This document shows positions 62,920 to 64,000 of a DNA stretch of 64,000 nucleotides, piece by piece (positions within the stretch are counted from its first letter, which is position 1; each line of letters starts with the position of its first letter). The stretch is from Camelus dromedarius. Lineage: Eukaryota. A program made the position numbers and the translations under genes. Where the stretch lies: the NCBI RefSeq assembly GCF_036321535.1, contig NC_087437.1, positions 85,996,001 to 86,060,000 on the forward strand, written 5' to 3'. The notes under the pieces were generated by a model, which was not told the origin of the DNA, searched no databases, and worked only from the letters and a program-made list of their open reading frames with translations.

Positions 62920-63330
62920 TCACCATCCATTCCCAGCTCTACTCCTCATTGCCTGCCTACACTGGAAAACCAGTTGGAAACATGATGGCCCTAGTTCTGG
63001 CAAATGAGATGTTAGAAAAGGAAACAGGTTTTCTTGGAAGGCTTTTCTTTTTCCTAATAAAAGTGACAGAGGAGGCTCACTCCATTCCTTCCCTCCTTCT
63101 ACATGTGTTAACTCAGTTCAGGATTTCTGGACCTGCAATAACCATCTTGAGACCAGAGGAGGAAGGACAGTACAATTTTAGAGACAGAAACCCTAACACC
63201 GTTATAGATAAACCAATGCTACCAACTGCCTACTCAGCATGTCTTGTTAACCAAGGTAATAGCTATTTAGTTTGGAGAGGTAAATATTGGCTGGGTTTTC
63301 TGCTACTTTTAAAGTGGTACATCTTGATAA
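62920..63330 (+). mobile_element. LTR33/LTR16-like ERVL LTR relic
   Basis: catgatggccctagttctggcaaatgagatgt...ctggacctgcaataaccatcttgagaccagagg...ccaactgcctact...cttgtta...gctgggttttctgctactt. Confidence 0.6.
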
Positions 63331-63363
63331 AGACAGTAAATTTCCCCCTGTCTACAAATTTTT

Positions 63364-63421
63364 TATATATATATATGTGTGTATATATATATATACATAC
63401 ATATATATGTATATATATATA
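63364..63421. repeat. (TA)n-rich microsatellite
   Basis: Read directly. Confidence 0.95.
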
Positions 63422-63649
63422 AAACCTTCACCCTTGCTACTAATTTGAATTTTTTTTTAATTTTGCTATGTGTGCCTCTGACCAGATGCTTCTTTATTCT
63501 TTATCCTAATATTTCTGGGAATGATAATATAATATAACAGACAGATAACTGTGTATTTCCTTATGTTTCCTAACTCTCAATACTTCATGAATTCTCTTGT
63601 TCTTAAACTTCAGAAGAGGGAAAGCTAGATACATATAACATGTATAATA

Positions 63650-63790
63650 TTGAATCTTGGAGCAACGCTTTGAAGTAGGTTCCATTATTATCACCCCCAT
63701 TTTATAGATGAGAAAACTGAGGAATTAAGAGGTTTAAATTCCCTTAATTTGTAAGAGGTGAACCCAGGCAATATGGATTCTAGTTTATAC
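63650..63790 (-). mobile_element. MIR SINE core
   Basis: attattatcacccccattttatagatgagaaaactgagg...agaggtttaaat...gaacccaggca. Confidence 0.85.
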
Positions 63791-64000
63791 TATAAAGGCC
63801 TCCTATTTTTTATCAGTAAAAGAAGATGGCTTGACTAGATTAGCTTCTAAATTTTCTTTCACATCTAATTTTACACTTCTTTGAGAATATTAACTGCCAG
63901 TTTCTCCTGGTTCTGCTGTCCCCAACACCATAATTAGAGAAAAATACCATCAATGGGAAGAGAGTTTAGCATAGACCATGGCTTTAGACATCACCTGGGT

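Noticed and set aside
62949..63422. 157-aa ORF
   Set aside because: Non-ATG start, lies on an old LTR relic, runs into a TA microsatellite, and has no recognisable domain.
1..64000. CRISPR array, operon or other novel multi-gene system
   Set aside because: No regularly spaced repeat-spacer array and no intact gene cluster. The window is mammalian repeat-rich non-coding DNA.

Overview
AT-rich mammalian genomic DNA, almost certainly camelid, judged from a Vic-1-type tRNA-derived SINE at 20602-20749 and cetartiodactyl-type L1 3' ends. I cannot support any host protein-coding exon, structural RNA gene, CRISPR array or prokaryote-style system. The window reads as intergenic or deep-intronic DNA dominated by transposable elements. 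These are a 5'-truncated decayed L1 (~14.5-19.3 kb), many short L1 3' ends, ancient L2/MIR/HAL1/L1M relics, MaLR/ERVL/ERV1 solo LTRs and hAT/Tigger MITEs. Nearly all ORFs in the supplied track are repeat-derived or chance. The most unusual object is an ERV1-class retroviral sequence at 24572-27161 that was not integrated as a provirus. It is 5'-truncated, its 3' LTR stops after R in a poly(A) tail, and it has a 12-bp target-site duplication, so it is an L1-retroposed 'processed' ERV. It also lacks the whole RT and env and carries an in-frame protease/RNaseH-tail/integrase fusion. Other oddities are an unexplained inverted-repeat pair bracketing ~860 bp (58708-59570), a tiny tail-less internal L1 fragment between 6-bp direct repeats, a three-layer nested insertion, and several repeat-free CpG-retaining stretches that may be enhancers. 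Repeat family names come from my recall of consensus sequences, not from a database search. Boundaries without a stated TSD are approximate.
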